A stretch of DNA of 64,000 nt, taken from NCBI GenBank assembly GCA_002269645.1, contig NIVC01002744.1, positions 1-64,000 on the forward strand, given 5' to 3'. The DNA comes from Macrostomum lignano. Lineage: Eukaryota. The notes under the pieces were generated by a model that saw only the letters and a list, made by a program, of their open reading frames with translations, ran no database searches and had not been told where the DNA came from. A program made the position numbers and the translations under genes. This document shows positions 10,901 to 22,729 of this stretch, one piece after another (position 1 is the stretch's first letter; the number at the start of each line of letters is the position of its first letter).

Positions 10901-13900
10901 GGCACTTCCGTTACCGAGTAACTTGCAAATGGTAACGCAAGTTACTTTTTCGTAAAGCGTTCCTTACGCAAGTTACTTTTTTATTTTAGTAACGGAGTAA
11001 CGGTAAGTTACTCAAATTTCACAAGTCCGTTACAGTTACTTTGCAACAATCGCAATATTTAAATTTAAAACTGAAATGCTTAGCTATTACGCCGGTTGTC
11101 ACATGTTTTTGCATTTTTCATTCCTAAATTCAAAATTAAGTGAATAGTATTATTTGGTATTGCGCTTTAATTAATGAAGAAATACTTGAAAATGAAAGGC
11201 AAAAATATTTTACTGAAATTATAACAAAGCAAAACATGTTTCAAGTTACTAAAAATTTTCAAGTTTGATTCAAACAAACAACCAAAGAAAAAAATTCATC
11301 TGTAGCCTCCACAAGTCCCTCCGCTGGCACTGCAGTACACTACACTATTTTATACAGTTATATTTATTTTACTCTATTGAATTATTGATATTCGTTTATT
11401 TTATCATTTATAATTTTAATTATTGATTGCCATTGCCCATTGGTCCTTCTACTTGCCCCACATCGTGTCGCCAATTGCTGTCTCTGGCTGTTAATCGGTT
11501 AATCCCAATGCCCAATGGCAAATTTCGGAAACAACAGTGTGAAAAAATGTGCAATGTGAAAAAAGCAGAAAATTTTGTTAATAACATGGGTAACGGAAGT
11601 GAGTAACGGACAGTAACTTAAAAGTTACCGGGCTTTTGTCTAAAGTTACTAGGCTAACGTAAGTTACTTTTTAAAAATTGGTAACTTAAGTTACAGTAAC
11701 GCAAGTTACTTTTTTGAGTAACTTGCCCAACACTGGTCTCTGAAATCGGCACGAGATTGCCAGACGACGTAAAAACAGCCTGCATGCTTCGATGCAGCGC
11801 CTCAGTCTGTCCCGAACTGAGGCTGCCGCGTACGTAAACCCCAGTTGTGGGACGTTGCTGGGTTTGATGCTCCGGCGGCTGCAGGTGCGTTGACTGGCAA
11901 TTACTAGTATTGTCCTCGTCTTCGCCGGTGGCAGCGTTCTCGCCGGGCAACTCGCTTAAACTCCGGGCAACTCTCCTGAGTAATCCTGTTACTCAGGATT
12001 GGTAACAGCGCTTATGCATCCGTGCTACGACCTGCTTAATTTACAACAAGGCTGCATCGCTAGTCCCAGATTCGCATCAAGGTGACTCATCGCAGCCGCG
12101 GGCCTTCAGCTGGTCGATTTCTTGGGCCGCTTCGGAAAGTTTCTGCCGCGCTTGCCTGAGTTCTTGGTCTAAAGGAGATGTACGGAAGATAAATGAGTAA
12201 TGTATAGTCATTTGATTCGCTGCACCACAAGAACACGCATATTGTGAGTCAGATCCCGTTTGTCGTCTTCGTGGCGACCAATAATGTGGCCCTCTTGCAC
12301 TGGCCCGTATTGGATGACGCTGTTGGCTGACGCGTCATATTTAATGCACCGATAACGGGATTCGTCCTCTTTTCTACTACTTTTAAAGTCGACATAATTG
12401 GGCGGAAGCCTGTCAGCGTTTCGAAGTTGTAGCTGTTGAAGTAGAAGACGATGCTGCTGCGCTACCTTTTCCTCTCATGCTTTACCAATCTCTAAAACAG
12501 TATGCCGCAATTACTGTATGAAGTAAACAGTAGATGTTTGTAGCTATTCGCCTGCAAATGTTCGTAACTGACTGAAACTCCCACTGAAAGCCCAGTCGTC
12601 GTGTTCTATACTTGCTTTTCGGCTTGGTCAAGCCTCTCACGGGATGTCAGGGGACATCAAAGGACATGTGACACTGGGTAGTAGGCCTAGTGTGTTGTAT
12701 ATAGGAAATATGTAGTACAGGACACAAAAGTACAAATACAAACTAATGAAGATAACGATGCAATATGTGCTACCTATTTATGCAATTCTTCTAATTGTAT
12801 CCGGTTATACGAGTATAATACATCTGCTTGATAAAAACCCTGGTTTATTAATGTTGATGAATGATGCATAATATATATTATAGTAAATTATCTACTCTGA
12901 TATTAGGTGCAAGAAAGTATGACGAAACGACGAAATTGATCAATTACTAATAGAAAATTAGTTACATGCAATTAGTGATATATAATTAGTACACATTAGT
13001 GGTAAAAAATTACTTGTATACAATTAGTTGCACACAATTAGTGGTACACAATTAGTTGCACTTACAATTAGCAGTACACAATTAGTAATAGAATATTAAG
13101 TTTTGACAATTGCTTACATGCAATTAGTGATATACAACTACTACATATTAGTGGTAAACAATTACTTGTACATAATTAGTTGCTCACAATTAGTCTTACA
13201 CACAATTACTTGCACACGATTAGTTGTACACAAGTAGTAGTGCAAATGCAAATATACTACAGGAATATTTTTTGTTCGTTTTATACTTCGTTTGTGCAGA
13301 TAGTTGCCTCTAATTCAGCTGCTACAGCAGCGAGGATTTTGTTCATGCCATCGTCAGCCCAGAGTCTGGCACCGCCAACGTAGTCGTATGAACATACGTT
13401 GATTGTTTTCGCAAACACTGGCGACGATGGCGTAAGTGTTTTGGTGTCACTTTTCGATTGAGCATTTTTCGCGCTCTTCCAATCTTCCAGTTCTTCAATC
13501 GCCAGTCTGGCTTCCTGTTTGTGGAACAATTAATGTGTTAAGAACAGAACTTAAGTGTCAGAGGGTAAGGAATAAAACAAGTTCGGATCTCTAACCTGCA
13601 ATGCTACTTCGACGCGCAGAAATGCCAACGCAACTTTTTCCTCCAGTTGTGCCTTCACATGCTGAGCACTCGATGTAGCAGCAACAGCTGTAGCAGAGGC
13701 AGCACTCAATGCAGCAGCAACAGCTGTAGCAGAGGCAGCACTCGATGTAGCAGCAACAGCTGTAGCAGAGGCAGCACTCGATGTAGCAGCAACAGCTGTA
13801 GCAGAGGCAGCACTCGATGTAGCAACAACAGCTGTAGCAGAGGCAGCACTCGATGTAGCAGCAACAGCTGTAGCAGAGGCAGCACTCGATGTAGCAGCAA

Positions 13901-16900
13901 CAGCTGTAGCAGAGGCAGCACTCGATGTAGCAACAACAGCTGTAGCAGAGGCAGCACTCGATGTAGCAACAACAGCTGTAGCAGAGGCAGCACTCGATGT
14001 AGCAGCAACAGCTGTAGCAGAGGCAGCACTCGATGTAGCAGCAACAGCTGTAGCAGAGGCAGCACTCGATGTAGCAGCAACAGCTGTAGCAGAGGCAGCA
14101 CTCGATGTAGCAACAACAGCTGTAGCAGAGGCAGCACTCGATGTAGCAACAACAGCTGTAGCAGAGGCAGCACTCGATGTAGCAGCAACAGCTGTAGCAG
14201 TTAAGCAGACGCAACACTCGATGTAGCAGCAACAGCTGTAGCAGAGGCAGCACTCGATGTAGCAGCAACAGCTGTAGCAGTTAAGCAGACGCAACACTCG
14301 ATGTAGCAGCAACAGCTGTAGCACAGTCACCATCGCAGAAAAGGTTCTCAAAAAGGTGCTCGCAACTGTCAGCCGTCAGCCACAGCACCACTACCAGCAA
14401 AGGTCGCAGCACAGGCAGCATCGGCGGCCACAGCAGCAGCAGCTTTTTGTCGGGCAGCCACATTAGTCCGCTTACCTAACCACCCTGTGCAATTAGAAAC
14501 TTCTCTACTTTGCGTTTTCATAGTACTGTTAAAAGATGGGAATTTAGCATAGAAACAGTCGGTTAAAGTTAAAAAGTCGGAACGAAACGCGTGCGGTCGC
14601 GATAACTGTAGCTAAATGTTAAAAAGGCTAGAGATACTAAAAATAAATAAACGCAGACACAGACACTGAGTAGTTTACGAGCAATACGTTAGTCAACTTA
14701 AGTAAATAGACAACTGAAACGAACAGTTCAAATTGGTATACACTGTCAGCAGACATTTAACAGTAAGAAAACGCATTTAGCCCATTGGAAGCTGCACGTG
14801 AGGTAGCAGAGCGATGTGCGTTTCGGACACCGCACAGCAGCCAACTATCTCATTGATGTCGACTTCTTCCGAGTACGAGTAGTCAAATCCGAGTACGCCA
14901 CTCAGAGGGGAAGCGAACTTGACTCCCATAGTATCCCCTGCGTCATGCAGTCCGGGGTGGTGAACTCTTCCGGTCTGGAACGCAGCTAATGCATGGATGT
15001 CCATTAGTGTTCCCACTGAGGGTTCCATGCACCCTTTCGCTCTAGCCGCGTTTAGCATCGCAGTGTGATAACTTTCTGAAATCCAGGGTTGATCTGGGCA
15101 AAAAATCGAAAAGGTCATATATGCATTGAGAAAAAGTACGGTAAATATCCGAACCAAGTGGTTCAATATCCGGATGAAAAGTCCGGAAATTTTTGTCCGG
15201 ATAAGTCACATATCCGGTTGATAATCCGGATACTCGTCCGGATACGACTTGTCCGGATATTATTCGGATAAAATGTCATATCTGCACATATCCGGCCGTT
15301 CATTCGGAAAAGTGCCCCTATCCGGATCCGGATACGCTATATCCGAACCAAATATCCGTCCCTATTTTTCAGCGGGTCATTAGCGACCCGCCATCTGGTC
15401 ATTAGCGACCCGCCATCTGGTCATTAGCGACCCGCCATCTGGTCATTAGCGACCCGCCATCTGGTCATTAGCCACCCGCCATCTGGTCATTAGCGACCCG
15501 CCATCTGGTCATTAGCCACCCGCCATCTGGTCATTAGCGATCCGCCATCTGTTCATTAGCCACCCGCCATCTGGTCATTAGCCACCCGCCATCTGGTCAT
15601 TAGTCACCCACCATCTGGTCATTAGTGACGGTCATTTGGTCATTAGCGATGCGCCATCTGGTCATTAGCCACCCGCCATCTGGTCATTAGCGATCCGCCA
15701 TCTGTTCATTAGCCACTTACCATCTGGTCATTAGCCACCCGCCATCTGGTCATTAGTCACCCACCATCTGGTCAATAGCGACCCGCCATCTGGTCATTAG
15801 CGACCCGCCATCTGGTCATTAGCGACCCGCCATCTGGTCATTAGCCACCCGCCATCTGGTCATTAGTCACCCACCATCTGGTCAATAGCGACCGCCATCT
15901 GGTCATTAGCGATGCACCATCTGGTCATTCGCCGTCAAACCTCCCACCCGTTCAGCAGCAACTGGAGCAGCTGCGGGCCCAGTCCGCCAGCACGGCCTCC
16001 ACGCAGCTCAAAGCGATGATGCTGGACCCCGCTGTCAATGTGCTCTACCAGCGACTCCGCAAGGAGCTCGGGGACTGTCGCGACAGACTGGAGCAGACTC
16101 AAAACGACCTATCGGCCTGGAAGTTCACCCCGGATAGCCAGACTGGTAAGCGGCTGATGGCGCGGATCCGGCAGCTGCACCAGGAGAACAGCGAGCTCAG
16201 CCAGGGCATGTCGTCGGCCGCCGTGGCCAAGATGGAGAGCGAGATCGCTTTAGAGAAAACTCTGCTAGTGGAGATGCGGAAGACGCACACAGGTGAGCCT
16301 CCGGCTCATCAATTATCTAGAAGATTTGCTCAGCAAGTGTAACTTGCTATTAGCTGAGAGCAGTCACGTGACTTACATGTTGGCTTAGAGGGCAGAGCAG
16401 TAACCGTCAACATTCATTTTTGCTTGGTTGGGGGTTTGTCGTGCGATTCCCACTCATTTGAGGGCCAACCCCCAAGGCTCAGAGTGTGCATGCCTCTCTG
16501 ATTAGAAAGTCAGGGCCCCTGTACATCCTGCATGAGCGTGTACACAGTATTGGCGCGCTTGCAGGTGCTCAGGAGTCAGCAGAATGGGCGGAACTGCCTC
16601 AGCGCTAGCTGTGGGACCATGTCGCCGAAGGGTGCCCAGCTGATGGGCAGCAATCTCTTCCTCCCTCGGTCTATATTCCTGCTGAGCATCGCATCTCGAA
16701 ATCCCGATGCCCGACTTCCCCCCGCAGAGCAGGAGCACCTACTCGGCGAGATTGACGACGAGACCGAGTCGCTGCAGTCCACCATCCTCATCATGCAGGG
16801 CCAGCTCAGCGATGCCTACCTACGCATCGAGGCGCTCCGTCTGCAGCTGCACGCCTTCGACGCCGGGGCCGCCTCCGGCTACCGCACCGCCGCCCCCGAC

Positions 16901-16948
16901 GCCCCCGCCGCTCCTGCCAGCAACGGAGGGCAGAGCGGCTTCCGCTGA
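7959..16948 (+). CDS. WTAP: WTAP / fl(2)d, m6A writer complex adaptor; exons 7959-8084, 15956-16292, 16728-16948 (227 aa; extra 5' exon possible)
   Basis: Phase-consistent GT-AG splicing joins ESKKREQLLMPRLTTKERE to MLDPAVN...QNDLSAWKFTPDSQTGKRLMA and EIDDETESLQSTIL, matching the WTAP coiled-coil core. Confidence 0.92.
8249..8451 (+). repeat. 22-bp minisatellite (CTGGTCATTAGCGACCCGCCAT), left C-to-T-decayed half
   Basis: About 9 units of the same array as 15377-15930, with nearly all CpGs mutated. Confidence 0.85.
9280..9473. mobile_element. hAT-type MITE (CAGGGGCGTAGCC family), decayed, nested
   Basis: Left end CAGGGGCATAGCC, right end CCTATGCCCCTG. 8-bp TSD GACTTGGC/GATTTGGC with one C-to-T difference. 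Confidence 0.7.
9797..10405. mobile_element. MITE with about 30-bp TIRs, nested
   Basis: GCCACAGAATATACACAGAATGGTGAAT at the left and its near-perfect reverse complement at 10378-10405. TSD not resolved. Confidence 0.7.
10893..11735. mobile_element. hAT-type MITE (CAGTGTTGGGCA TIR) inserted in the BEN-gene exon
   Basis: TIRs CAGTGTTGGGCA/TGCCCAACACTG, exact 8-bp TSD GTCTCTGA (10885-10892, 11736-11743), GTAAC/GTTAC subterminal repeats. Confidence 0.9.
13640..14330. repeat. 36-bp tandem repeat (ATAVAATSSAAS on the minus strand)
   Basis: About 19 near-identical units of GCAGCAACAGCTGTAGCAGAGGCAGCACTCGATGTA. Confidence 0.95.
15377..15930 (+). repeat. 22-bp minisatellite, right CpG-intact half
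   Basis: About 25 units of CTGGTCATTAGC(G/C)ACCCGCCAT ending just before the WTAP exon 2 acceptor. Confidence 0.95.
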
Positions 16949-17069
16949 GCTTCGCGTTTTGGGGGGGGGGCGAACCGCGTGGCTGAACTTAGTGGCGTGG
17001 AATGGTGCATTTGCTGGCCCGTGGATTTGCGGCTGGAGAATTGCAAACCCCCTTTAGCAACCTGCAGTA

Positions 17070-17605
17070 ATCTCTCCAATCAGCCACCTGCAGAATCGCC
17101 CCTCTAATCAGCCACCTGCAGAATCGCCCCTCCAATCAGCCACCTGCAGAATCGCCCCTCCAATCAGCCACCTGCAGAATCGCCCCTCTAATCAGCCACC
17201 TGCAGAATCGCCCCTCCAATCAGCCACCTGCAGAATCGCCCCTCCAATCAGCCGCCTGCAGAATCGCCCCTCCAATCAGCCACCTGCAGAATCGCCCCTC
17301 TAATCAGCCACCTGCAGAATCGCCCCTCCAATCAGCCACCTGCAGAATCGCCCCTCTAATCAGCCACCTGCAGAATCGCCCCTCCAATCAGCCACCTGCA
17401 GAATCGCCCCTCCAATCAGCCGCCTGCAGAATCGCCCCTCCAATCAGCCACCTGCAGAATCGCCCCTCTAATCAGCCACCTGCAGAATCGCCCCTCCAAT
17501 CAGCCACCTGCAGAATCGCCCCTCTAATCAGCCACCTGCAGAATCGCCCCTCAATCAGCCACCTGCAGAATCGCCCCTCCAATCAGCCACCTGCAGAATC
17601 GCCTT
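17070..17605. repeat. 28-bp minisatellite downstream of WTAP
   Basis: About 19 units of AATCAGCCACCTGCAGAATCGCCCCTC(C/T). Confidence 0.95.
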
Positions 17606-18242
17606 TGTTTCAGCTTCTAGTTTCTGGTTTCTGTAAATATTTGTACGCAAAGTTGCCCGCTGCAAGTTCAGCAAGTTCAGTAAGGTGGAATCCAGTAAAT
17701 TGAAAATGAAAAATTCACCGCTGCGCTTGCAATTCAATTATGCGCTGTTTTAAACAATCGCGAATCGTTTACCGCCGTTTACTTTTTTATGATCTCGTTT
17801 ACTTTTTTTGAATGCTTAGTCAGCTAATCAAAACTGCCTGTTCTCATTTTCCCTTCTATCTTCTCTCCCACTCTCCCTTCTTCTCAATCCTCTCCTTTTG
17901 TCTCCCTCTCTCCCCTTCTCTACCCTCGAATCTCCCCGTCTCTACTTATAGTGCGTCTCATTTTACCAGCTATAATTCACGGTCTGAGTTGCTAAGCACG
18001 CTCCCTCCCTTCTCTTGGGCTTGGGTTTAAAGCTAGCTGACAAAACGTGTTAAAGTGAATAGGTGATACTCGCGTACACAGAACTTTTTTTACAAGTCTC
18101 AAATCCTGATTTTCTCATGAATAAATTTCAGCTTAAGGACTCCTGCATGTACATGTAAAAGTGCACACCGAATCAGAGCCAGTTTAGAGAGAGAGACATT
18201 CAGATAAAATAATTTTGCTTCGCAGTCAATCAGACGCTAGAC

Positions 18243-19730
18243 ATGTCTCGAGCTTCTCAACTATTTGAACACCTCATAATTGCTCGCTGGTGTCTGCACG
18301 GCGCCCACCTGGACATGGCGGCCGATGAGTACGCCAGGGTCAGGGCGATGGCTGCGGCCTCGGGCGACCCCGACACCGAGGCCGCTGCGCTGACCGGCCT
18401 GGCTGACGTGGCCATCCAGCTGGGCCAGTGGGACTCCGCCCGCCTGCTGCTCGAGTACGCGCTGGCCCCGCCCGCCTGCGACCGGGTACGCTGCGCTGGA
18501 CAGCTTTTTTATAGGCTCTGATAGTCAAAGCCCACAAACAGACAGTCAAACCCACACCCAGACAGTCAAACCCCACACCCAGACAGTCAAAGCCCACACC
18601 CAGACAGTCAAACCCCACACCCAGACAGTCAAAGCCCACAAACAGACAGTCAAACCCACACCCAGACAGTCAAACCCACACCCAGACAGTCAAACCCACA
18701 CCCAGACAGTCAAACCCCACACCCAGACAGTCAAACCCACACCCAGACAGTCAAACCCACACCCAGACAGTCAAACCCCCACCCAGACAGTCAAAACCCA
18801 CACCCAGACAGTCAAAGCCCACAAACAGACAGTCACAGCACACCCAGACAGTCAAACCCACACCCAGACAGTCAAACCCACACCCAGACAGTCAAACCCA
18901 CACCCAGACAGTCAAAGCCCACAAACAGACAGTCAAACCCACACCCAGACAGTCAAACCCACACCCAGACAGTCAAACCCACACCCAGACAGTCAAACCC
19001 ACACCCAGACAGTCAAACCCACACCCAGACAGTCAAACCCACACCCAGACAGTCAAAGCCCACAAACAGACAGTCACAGCACACCCAGACAGTCAAACCC
19101 ACACCCAGACAGTCAAACCCACACCCAGACAGTCAAACCCACACCCAGACAGTCAAAGCCCACAAACAGACAGTCACAGCACCCAGACAGTCACACCACA
19201 CCCAGACAGTCAAACCCACACAGACAGTCAAACCCCATCCAGACAGTCAAACCCCCATCCAGACAGTCAAACCCCACCCAGACAGTCAAACCCCCATCCA
19301 GACAGTCAAACCCCCATCCAGACAGTCAAAACCCACACCCAAACAGTCAAACTGCACCCGTAAGGCAGTCTCAAGCCCACAAACGCACTACGCTGGCACT
19401 ACATACAACTTCGTTATCTTCCAGGTGCAGTCGAGGCGCCTTCTGCGCGCTCGCTACCTGCTCGGCCTGGCGCTCATGGCGCTGGGCAGGGCAGCGGCTT
19501 CCCGCGCCGCCCTGGAAGCCGCCATGGCGGTTGTCGGCGCTGCCGATGCCACCGACTCGGCCAGAGACGAAATTTGCGCGGCGCTGTCGCAGCTGGACTT
19601 GGCCGGGGACGTCCCGGACGGTTCCCAGCTGGCCGCTGCCGCCTTGAAGTTCGACTCCACCGGACTGGACGATGACGGGGGAGACCGGAGGAAGGTCGGA
19701 GCTGCAGCGACGGTTGGCTCACTGATTTAA
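18243..19730 (+). CDS. Small TPR-like helical repeat protein, exons 18243-18485 and 19425-19730 (182 aa)
   Basis: GC-rich exons with a phase-0 GT-AG join. EAAALTGLADVAIQLGQWDSARLLLEYAL and RARYLLGLALMALGRAAASRAALEAAM fit the TPR small/large residue pattern. The start codon is uncertain. Confidence 0.65.
18530..19350. repeat. About 20-bp intronic minisatellite (CAGACAGTCAAACCCACACC)
   Basis: Direct tandem units fill the TPR gene intron. Confidence 0.95.
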
Positions 19731-20354
19731 ACTTGAAAACTTTTTGCTACTGTGCACTGCTGCGGCTATCCGTTGCTTACCTGTTATACGGAAGTATTAC
19801 CTGTGCTGTTTTTACTCCACAGGATGGGGTTAGGGTAATTACGGTTAAGGTTGGTTCAGGGTAGGTTATGGTTAGATTGGTTTGGTTTTGATTTTGCGTG
19901 TACAGCTTTTCTGAAATCTACAGTTGCGTTAAATTTAGGACAATTTTTGTAAGTTCCGGAGGCGAAATGACTGCTCAAAAATCATCTCGTGTGCATTGTG
20001 TCTTTCACTGGGCTTACTACTCACCTCTCTGCGACCTCAAATTTATGAGGCATAATTACAAGAGGGGTCTTTCGGTAGAGTATCCGTTTCTGCATTTCTT
20101 TTTTTTTCTATTGCCATGCCCTGTGCCAAGTCAAATACAATAAAGATGTTCAGCAGATGTTCAAAATTTTGTAGTTGCTCACACCTTATAAATCAGAATA
20201 ATTTTGTTTGACTTTAGCTTTGTTGATTTCATGTTGTTAATAAAGTTCACAGGTGCATGGGCCACTCTTGTGAAAGGATTGCAGACGTTCTGTCGAGTTC
20301 GGCTATGCTAACAACACCTTATTTAAGAGGAAAAACACTGAATTGGTCTCTCAG

Positions 20355-21083
20355 TCAGTAGACCTTGACCAGCTTGCTCCAGTCAGGGTCCGTCTCGATG
20401 GCGTCTCCAACGCTGGCATCGGAGAAGTCCAGCATTCTGCACCTGCCGTCCGCCTTGTTGTGCAGGGCGGCCCTGCACTGCCACCGGTCAGCGCAGCGGA
20501 GAGCGCACTCGGACTCCCGCCTGACGCCCGCCAGCTCGGTGAAGCAGTAGCTGGGGCTGATACTGCCGAGGCGCAGGAAGGCGGCCCGCCTGAACCTCCC
20601 GCTGTTCGGCGTCACCAGCGCCTGGCAGAGGAAGCCTTTCTGCCTGTCGGGCTTGAAATCGTTGATCCCGCGCCGCTTTAGCGCCAGAAAATCGTCTCTC
20701 GGATTCGAGTTGCCCGGGCCGCCGCCGACCCAGTCGGAGTCGTCGGCCAGCAGCTGGCGGCCGTCGGTCAGCAGCCAGCCAGTCCTGTTGGCGCCTCGTT
20801 CCACCAGCAGGTCGGTCGCTCCGATCCACAGGCCGCCGCCGGTCACCGAGCCGACGACCGCGCGCAGCAGCTCCAGTTCGATGGCCAGCTCTCCGCCCAT
20901 TCTCCAGCAGGCTTCGGCCGCCTCGCACCAGCCGACTTTGTCGCTCGCGTTCCAGTAGGCGCAGCGGCCGCCAGATGGCGTTGGCGTCCGAGTCATCGGC
21001 CAGCTGCACGAGGCGGCATCAGCGGCGGGTCGCGAGCTCAGAACGGCGAAGACTGCGGCTACAATGCGGAGTCTCACCTGCAT
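20355..21083 (-). CDS. Secreted C-type lectin-like + PAN/apple domain protein, 242 aa, single exon
   Basis: Signal peptide; W..A...C...GGELA, LWIGATD and FLCQ of a CTLD; ECALRC...CRAALHN...CRML of a PAN domain. Confidence 0.85.
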   Translation of the reverse strand: MQVRLRIVAAVFAVLSSRPAADAASCSWPMTRTPTPSGGRCAYWNASDKVGWCEAAEACWRMGGELAIELELLRAVVGSVTGGGLWIGATDLLVERGANRTGWLLTDGRQLLADDSDWVGGGPGNSNPRDDFLALKRRGINDFKPDRQKGFLCQALVTPNSGRFRRAAFLRLGSISPSYCFTELAGVRRESECALRCADRWQCRAALHNKADGRCRMLDFSDASVGDAIETDPDWSKLVKVY

Positions 21084-21355
21084 GGCTCTACCTGGACTCG
21101 GTTGAGCTGTGTTTCCATCACTGAATAATACAGCTTTTTATCCATTTTGCTGCTAAAAGCATATGGTTCTAAAAGCTTTGCTTTTCTGCAATGAAAAGGC
21201 TTTAAAACTTTCAAAAGACAAAGATGCTTTCATTGCTAAGCAAACAGAGCCCCATGGACGGAAATGTGGTCGCAAATGCGAGCTACTTCTGCCTTTAGTA
21301 AAATCTCCAAAAAGACTACAGGAAACCTTGGTTTGTTCAATCTGAGTTTTAAAAT

Positions 21356-21812
21356 GGGGAGTTCACAAACTCGAAATTTCACAACGTCGAAAGCACCTTC
21401 TTTCACAAGATCGAAATTTCACAAGGTCGAAATTTCATAACATCGAAAACTCAAACAGCAACCACTTTCACAAGGTCGAAATTTCACAACATCGAAAACT
21501 TTAGCAAGAGACTTCACAAGGTCGAAATTTCACAACGTAGAAAACTACTGCAAAGTTCTTGTTATATTAAGTTTTCGATGTTGTGAAATTTCGACCTTGT
21601 GAAGTTTCGACCTTGTGAAAGTGGTTGCTGTTTGAGTTTTCGATGTTATGAAATTTCGATGTTGTGAAATAATTTACTTTTCGACGTGAAATTTCGACCT
21701 TGTGAAATAATTTACTTTTCGACGTTGTGAAATTTCGACCTTGTGAAGCTTCGACCTTGTGAAATAATTTACTTTTCGACGTTGTGAAATTTCGTCCTTG
21801 TGAAAGCACCCC
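21356..21812. mobile_element. Mutator-like foldback MITE
   Basis: GGGG...CCCC termini. CGAAATTTCACAA repeats in the left half are inverted in the right half. 9-bp flank TTTTAAAA(T/G) on both sides. Confidence 0.65.
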
Positions 21813-22729
21813 TTTTAAAAGACCCACTAAAAGGTTGGTCGCTAAAAATTAAAACGAAACATTTTCAGGAGGACTACGGACACCCTGACGCAACGCCTCC
21901 TGCCGTTCTGCGACATCGGTCCCACAACCAGCGCCGAGGCAGTTCTTACCATTCCGCTGACTACTGTACGCAGGCACGCTCTCGCACAGTGTGTACAGTG
22001 GGTTAGCGGCCCCGACTTCCTAATCGTCTGGCATGTACTGTGTCATTTGGGTTGACCAAATGGTCTACCCCATGGACGGACGCTACATGTACATTGTACT
22101 CTTACGTTTCTAGATACGAGCTAAGCTTAAAGATTCGGCTATCTATGTAGTTAGGCTATTTTTACTTCTTGCATAAATCTAAGGAGCTCTAGCTAAGGAG
22201 AAAGTGATACTCGTACCGTATGTTTAATAGTCAATAGACCGCCATTAGGCAGGCAGTCAGAACTTGAACTTTTTCGGAATTTTATGCCTTCGTAACGAGG
22301 AGAGGAAAATACGAGTATTGAAAAGAAAATTTAAATCAATAATCAAGTCTACATACATGAATCTACTTACTCGTAAGGTATACTGAAACATCTAGATATC
22401 TATTGCGTCCGAAAATCTGCTTATTATTCAGCAGTGCATGCGCATTGTTTCGGACTCATTGCGACTATCATAGGTAGAGCGACACATCAGGCTCCTAGCC
22501 TCTCGAAGCCGGCCGCGGCGACCCCGTGCAGGCGGCACCGCGACCCAGCTCAGTCTCGAACTCGCCGGTCCTGCAGCTCTGCTCGGCGCTGGCGCACAAA
22601 ACTGCGCATTCGATGCCGCTCCGAGCGGCCACGGAGGCGGCGGCGGCTCGGCGACCGGCCCGGCCGTCCGCAGCCAGAACTCTGCAGCGATTCGGGCAGC
22701 AGTGGGAGAGATGGAGAATCGGCATTCTG

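Larger units (their letters stand above)
10492..14463 (-). pseudogene. Decayed multi-exon coiled-coil + BEN/DUF4806-like domain gene carried by the CACTA-like element
   Basis: The last exon reads FIRRILRAVFSNDEFLTTTFSGRR...AKLEIVAAYC, a BEN-like pattern. Upstream segments are coiled-coil-like (VKAQLEEKVALAFLRVEVALQ / EARLAIEELEDW; DQELRQARQKLSEAAQEIDQL). It has in-frame TGA stops, frameshifts and a MITE insertion. Confidence 0.55.
8452..15376. mobile_element. CACTA/EnSpm (CMC)-like DNA transposon, non-autonomous, 6.9 kb, in WTAP intron 1
   Basis: About 35-bp TIRs CCC(G/A)CTGAAAAATAGGGA(C/A)GGAT..., a 2-bp TSD (TC) that splits one minisatellite unit, and TCCGGA-type subterminal repeats at both ends. 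Superfamily assignment is an inference from the CCC termini, 2-bp TSD and subterminal repeats. Confidence 0.72.

Noticed and set aside
13551-14351. Long Cys/Leu/Ala-rich ORFs in several frames
   Set aside because: They are translations of the 36-bp array. Only the TATAV frame joins plausible non-repeat coding sequence.
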